Below are positions 1 to 1,932 of a stretch of DNA of 1,932 nt, piece by piece. The position numbers were made by a program, and so were the translations under genes. Location of the stretch: IMG/VR virus record IMGVR_UViG_2061766007_000738; one strand, written 5' to 3'. The number at the start of each line of letters is the position of its first letter. The first letter of the stretch is position 1. Below the pieces are notes generated by a model. That model ran no database searches. It saw only the letters and a program-made list of their open reading frames with translations, and had not been told where the DNA came from. This stretch comes from an uncultured virus (IMG/VR IMGVR_UViG_2061766007_000738). Taxonomy: Duplodnaviria; Heunggongvirae; Uroviricota; Caudoviricetes.

Positions 1-84
1 GTTGGGTGCGTCACCTGTAATAAGAGCCGATGCCGCGGATCCCGGCGCCACAGTATAAGTCGACGTTACAGTCAACGAGTTGGC
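1..84 (-). repeat. Collagen-spacer module, copy A (truncated by the window edge)
   Basis: ANSLTVTSTYTVAPGSAASALITGDAPN is 24/28 aa identical to copy B (1620-1703) and 19/28 to copy C (1837-1920), ungapped, by hand alignment. Confidence 0.9.
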
Positions 85-1037
85 AATCGCCGCGCCGGAA
101 ATCAAACCCGCTACAGCACCAGATGTGATATACTCTGCACCCGACACTATCTCCAAAACCGCCCCGGATGTAGCATAGCCATTAAGATCGCTATCGACGA
201 GCACCGGATGGCCGTCAACGTACGCAGACTCTGTAGCACTGATAGTTCTGGCACCGATATTGTTATCTGCCGTTATGTCATTGCCGGCAATGACATCGTT
301 GTCGGCATTTACAGTATATGCGGTGATGTTGATCGCGGTCATGTCACCGCCGATGTTGGCGTCGCCGCCGCCAGTGCGGAATTGCCCGTCCACTACCACC
401 GCGCCGCTCGACACTTGCAACTGCACCCCACCGCCTGAGATCGTCAAGCCGCCGCCCGAAGTAAGACTGAACTGATAGTCTCCAACGGTAGTGATAATTT
501 CAGTGTTGCTGATAATAACACCGCTTGCGACATCTATAGCAGCCCCGGACGCTATAATCGCCGCTTCGTCGCTGGTAACGAGGTCGCTCGTCACTATAAT
601 TCCGGAGATGATATCCGAAACATCTGCCGACGTGGCATAGCTCGCCCCGGACACTATAACGAGAACTGCTCCGGAGGTGGCATATCCGCTGTTCAATACC
701 ACAGTGCCAGCGATATTCGATGCAATTTCCGTGGTCGTATAATCAACGAGAGCGCCGGAGATCAATTCCGATGTGGTATCAGACGTTATGTAACCGCCGG
801 ACTGGATCGCATCGGNNNNNNNNNNNNNNNNNNNNNNNNNNNNNNNNNNNNNNNNNNNNNNNNTACACTGGTGATATCCTCGTAGTACGCAAGTCGCGAG
901 CCTCCGGCATATATCGCACCGCCCGAGGAACAGATGGATCGCAAAGTATCCCAATCCTGTACGCTCTGGTAAACGGAAACTGCTTTGTCGACTTGGAGAC
1001 CGGTGTACGGGGAATAATAGGTAGAACTAATAGCCAT
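1..1037 (-). CDS. Putative phage tail-fibre/adhesin-like protein, N-terminal part (3'-partial, over 340 aa visible, spans N-gap 816-863)
   Basis: ATG at 1037-1035 gives MAISSTYYSPYTGLQVDKAVSVYQSVQDWDTLRSICSSGGAIYAGGSRLAYYEDITSV up to the gap. After the gap, a different minus frame is stop-free for 271 codons (813 to 1, hand-translated, absent from the ORF track): DAIQSGGYITSDTTSELISGALVDYTTTEIASNIAGTVVLNSGYATSGAVLVIVSGASYATSADVSDIISGIIVTSDLVTSDEAAIIASGAAIDVASGVIISNTEIITTVGDYQFSLTSGGGLTISGGGVQLQVSSGAVVVDGQFRTGGGDANIGGDMTAINITAYTVNADNDVIAGNDITADNNIGARTISATESAYVDGHPVLVDSDLNGYATSGAVLEIVSGAEYITSGAVAGLISGAAIANSLTVTSTYTVAPGSAASALITGDAPN. Internal repeats differ mainly at third codon positions in this frame, supporting it. 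Joining the halves needs a true gap of 46 or 49 nt (or other +1 mod 3) instead of 48. Function is inferred from repeat architecture. Confidence 0.8.
121..687 (-). repeat. Duplicated 20-aa unit inside the fibre gene (copies at 628-687 and 121-180), part of a degenerate 15-19-aa YxTS(G) repeat family
   Basis: GYATSGAVLVIVSGASYATS versus GYATSGAVLEIVSGAEYITS: 17/20 aa and 41/60 nt identical. Related units begin at Tyr codons 792, 741, 684, 639, 177 and 132. Confidence 0.85.
275..296. repeat. Perfect 22-bp palindrome within coding sequence
   Basis: ATGTCATTGCC-GGCAATGACAT is its own reverse complement, with no spacer. Confidence 0.9.
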
Positions 1038-1068
1038 AGTATCTTAATAAAATATTTGGATGATTGAA

Positions 1069-1540
1069 TTATTCGTCTTCTACCGCCGTTTCCGGCTCGT
1101 TCGNNNNNNNNNNNNNNNNNNNNNNNNNCCGCTTCCCAACAATGATACCACCACTCCGGTTGCCCGTAACCAAGCTTGGCACCGGTATATTTACACAACT
1201 CGTTAGCCGCTGCCCATGCAAGACCAAGCTGCAAGCCTAATATAGTACTATACGCCGGGGATTGCTGGAAAGCAACCATCTCATCAAACCCGCCGGTGAA
1301 GGACTCCAAATCAGCCGCGACACGGATCTGAGCGCACACTTGACGGAAGGATCGACATGCGGCGGCAAACGCTTCTTGTTTTTCGAGAGCGTCCTGAACT
1401 AGGGCGGCTTCCTGCTCGGGGGTTATCAACGGACGATCTACACATCCGGCGGCGAGATACTGCTCCGTAGTGGGGTTGATAATACGGCGATCACCGAGAA
1501 TAACGCTATTGCCTACGGGCTTATCATTGAGGTACCACAT
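1069..1540 (-). CDS. Hypothetical protein of about 155 aa between two fibre genes; candidate tail-fibre assembly/chaperone or accessory protein
   Basis: ATG at 1540-1538, then 137 stop-free codons (MWYLNDKPVGNSVILGDRRIINPTTEQYLAAGC...GYGQPEWWYHCWEA) up to the gap at 1104-1128. The most plausible end after the gap is ...NEPETAVEDE-TAA (stop 1071-1069), which leaves a 31-nt AT-rich spacer before the next ATG and needs a 24- or 27-nt gap. An alternative end is RTSRKRR-TAG (1082-1080). The coding call is solid; function and exact stop are inferred. Confidence 0.75.
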
Positions 1541-1541
1541 A

Positions 1542-1932
1542 CTANNNNNNNNNNGTATCCACGCCGCCCGAGGCAGCCGAGCCGTCACTACCACGGGGAA
1601 TCCAAAACTCTACAGTTTGATTCGGCGCTGTACCGGATATCAACGCGGATGCGGCAGAACCCGGATCTACCGTATATGTGGAGAGTACGGTAAGAGAGTT
1701 TGCCGGACCTGCAGGACCGGTGGATCCTACAGCCCCCGACGCGCCAGNNNNNNNNNNNNNNNNNNNNNNNNNNNNNNNNNNNNNNNNNNNNNNNNNCACC
1801 GGAAGCCCCTTGGGGAATCCACAAACTCAGCACCTGGTTGGGGGGCGTCCCCGTAATAAGCGCGGAAGCTCCGGAACCGGGGGCTACCGTAGTGACTGTA
1901 CCTATAGTCATAGAATTTGCCGGACCGGCGGG
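1542..1932 (-). CDS. Collagen-like (Gly-X-Y) phage fibre protein fragment, 5'-partial; 3' end uncertain
   Basis: 1932-1798 reads PAGPANSMTIGTVTTVAPGSGASALITGTPPNQVLSLWIPQGASG. After the gap at 1748-1796, another frame reads GASGAVGSTGPAGPANSLTVLSTYTVDPGSAASALISGTAPNQTVEFWIPRGSDGSAASGGVD. The frame is open to the window edge, so the ATG at 1911 is internal. A TAG at 1544-1542 is in frame only if the 10-N gap (1545-1554) has its nominal length mod 3. Confidence 0.8.
1590..1718 (-). repeat. Collagen-spacer module, copy B
   Basis: GPAGPANSLTVLSTYTVDPGSAASALISGTAPNQTVEFWIPRG. It resembles the 'TIGTVTTG.PGT.ASVT..GT...A.LNFTIPRG' type of interruption I recognise from bacterial and phage collagen-like proteins. 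Confidence 0.9.
1701..1809 (-). repeat. Gly-X-Y collagen-like tract (partly hidden by the N-gap)
   Basis: GAS-G before the gap and GAS-GAV-GST-GPA-GPA after it. A 48-nt gap instead of 49 would restore both frame and triplet register, giving 12 consecutive triplets. Confidence 0.75.
1807..1932 (-). repeat. Collagen-spacer module, copy C
   Basis: PAGPANSMTIGTVTTVAPGSGASALITGTPPNQVLSLWIPQG is colinear with copy B: 18/28 aa identical in the core, plus shared PAGP, Q and WIPxG. Confidence 0.9.

Larger units (their letters stand above)
816..1796. other. Four assembly gaps: 816-863 (48 N), 1104-1128 (25 N), 1545-1554 (10 N), 1748-1796 (49 N)
   Basis: Directly visible. The biologically sensible frame shifts across the first, second and fourth gaps, indicating estimated rather than exact lengths. 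Confidence 0.95.
1..1932 (-). mobile_element. Probable phage/prophage tail-fibre module fragment
   Basis: Co-oriented, tightly packed genes in the order collagen-like fibre, small protein, repeat-rich fibre with no evident signal peptide. No hallmark phage gene (terminase, capsid, integrase) is in the window, so this is inference. Confidence 0.55.

Noticed and set aside
208..475. Plus-strand ORFs 208-438 and 260-475
   Set aside because: They are antisense shadows of the 271-codon minus-strand frame, which is supported by third-position divergence between its repeats.
360..813. AIDA-I-type autotransporter passenger, suggested by SGG/SSG motifs
   Set aside because: There is no signal peptide and no regular 19-aa AIDA-type period, and the collagen-spacer module fits a trimeric fibre better. 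It is not fully excluded because the C-terminus is missing.
786..815. Stop at 788-786 ending the MAISST... protein at 83 aa, and similarly the post-gap tail of ORF 1588-1911
   Set aside because: These are wrong-frame read-outs after gaps of inexact length. An alternative frame continues with coherent repeat sequence in each case.
1170..1252. Short palindromes CCAAGCTTGG (1170-1179) and TATAGTACTATA (1241-1252), and frequent CCGG/TCCGGA
   Set aside because: Palindromes of 10-12 bp are expected by chance in 1.9 kb. CCGG arises from Ser-Gly, Ala-Gly and Pro-Gly codon pairs.
779..1594. 271-aa minus ORF as a single gene
   Set aside because: It is a chimera made by translating through three gaps. 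Only 1540-1130 is credible; the rest overlaps the neighbouring genes out of frame.
816..1796. Programmed frameshifts or pseudogenisation
   Set aside because: Every frame change coincides with an N-run, and there are no in-frame stops in the sequenced parts. Gap-size error is sufficient.
720..1856. Plus-strand ORFs 720-1067 and 1470-1856
   Set aside because: They read through N-gaps, overlap better-supported minus-strand genes and show no recognisable protein features.
1..1920. Diversity-generating retroelement TR/VR pair or shufflon crossover repeats
   Set aside because: Repeat copies are only about 64% identical (A versus B), with differences at synonymous positions of all bases rather than adenine-specific. 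All copies are coding and in direct orientation, the exact shared stretches I found are 11 nt or shorter, and no reverse transcriptase or invertase is visible.
1..1932. CRISPR array, tRNA/rRNA, intrinsic terminator or stop-codon reassignment
   Set aside because: I saw no identical spaced nucleotide repeats, RNA-gene signatures or hairpin plus U-tract. The long frames are open under the standard bacterial code.

Overview
This gapped 1.9-kb scaffold has four N-runs, and all credible coding is on the minus strand. Three genes read from right to left. (1) A 5'-truncated collagen-like fibre gene (1932 to about 1542) has Gly-X-Y triplets alternating with a roughly 40-aa 'GPANSxT...PGSxASALIxGxxPNQxxxxWIPxG' spacer module. 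(2) A roughly 155-aa Cys/Trp-containing protein (1540 to about 1069) may be a fibre-associated assembly protein. (3) A 3'-truncated fibre-like gene (1037 to beyond position 1) is mostly missing from the ORF track: its 271 stop-free codons at 1-813 carry YxTS(G) repeats, a beta-helix-like segment and a third copy of the same spacer module. The best reading is a phage or prophage tail-fibre region, by pattern recognition only. The frame changes across three N-runs are best explained by inexact gap lengths. Notable points are a module conserved in protein but synonymously saturated in DNA across two genes, a Lys-free acidic fibre with a strong Ser-Gly bias, a perfect 22-bp palindrome, and the possibility that the two window ends belong to one gene or a tandem cassette.
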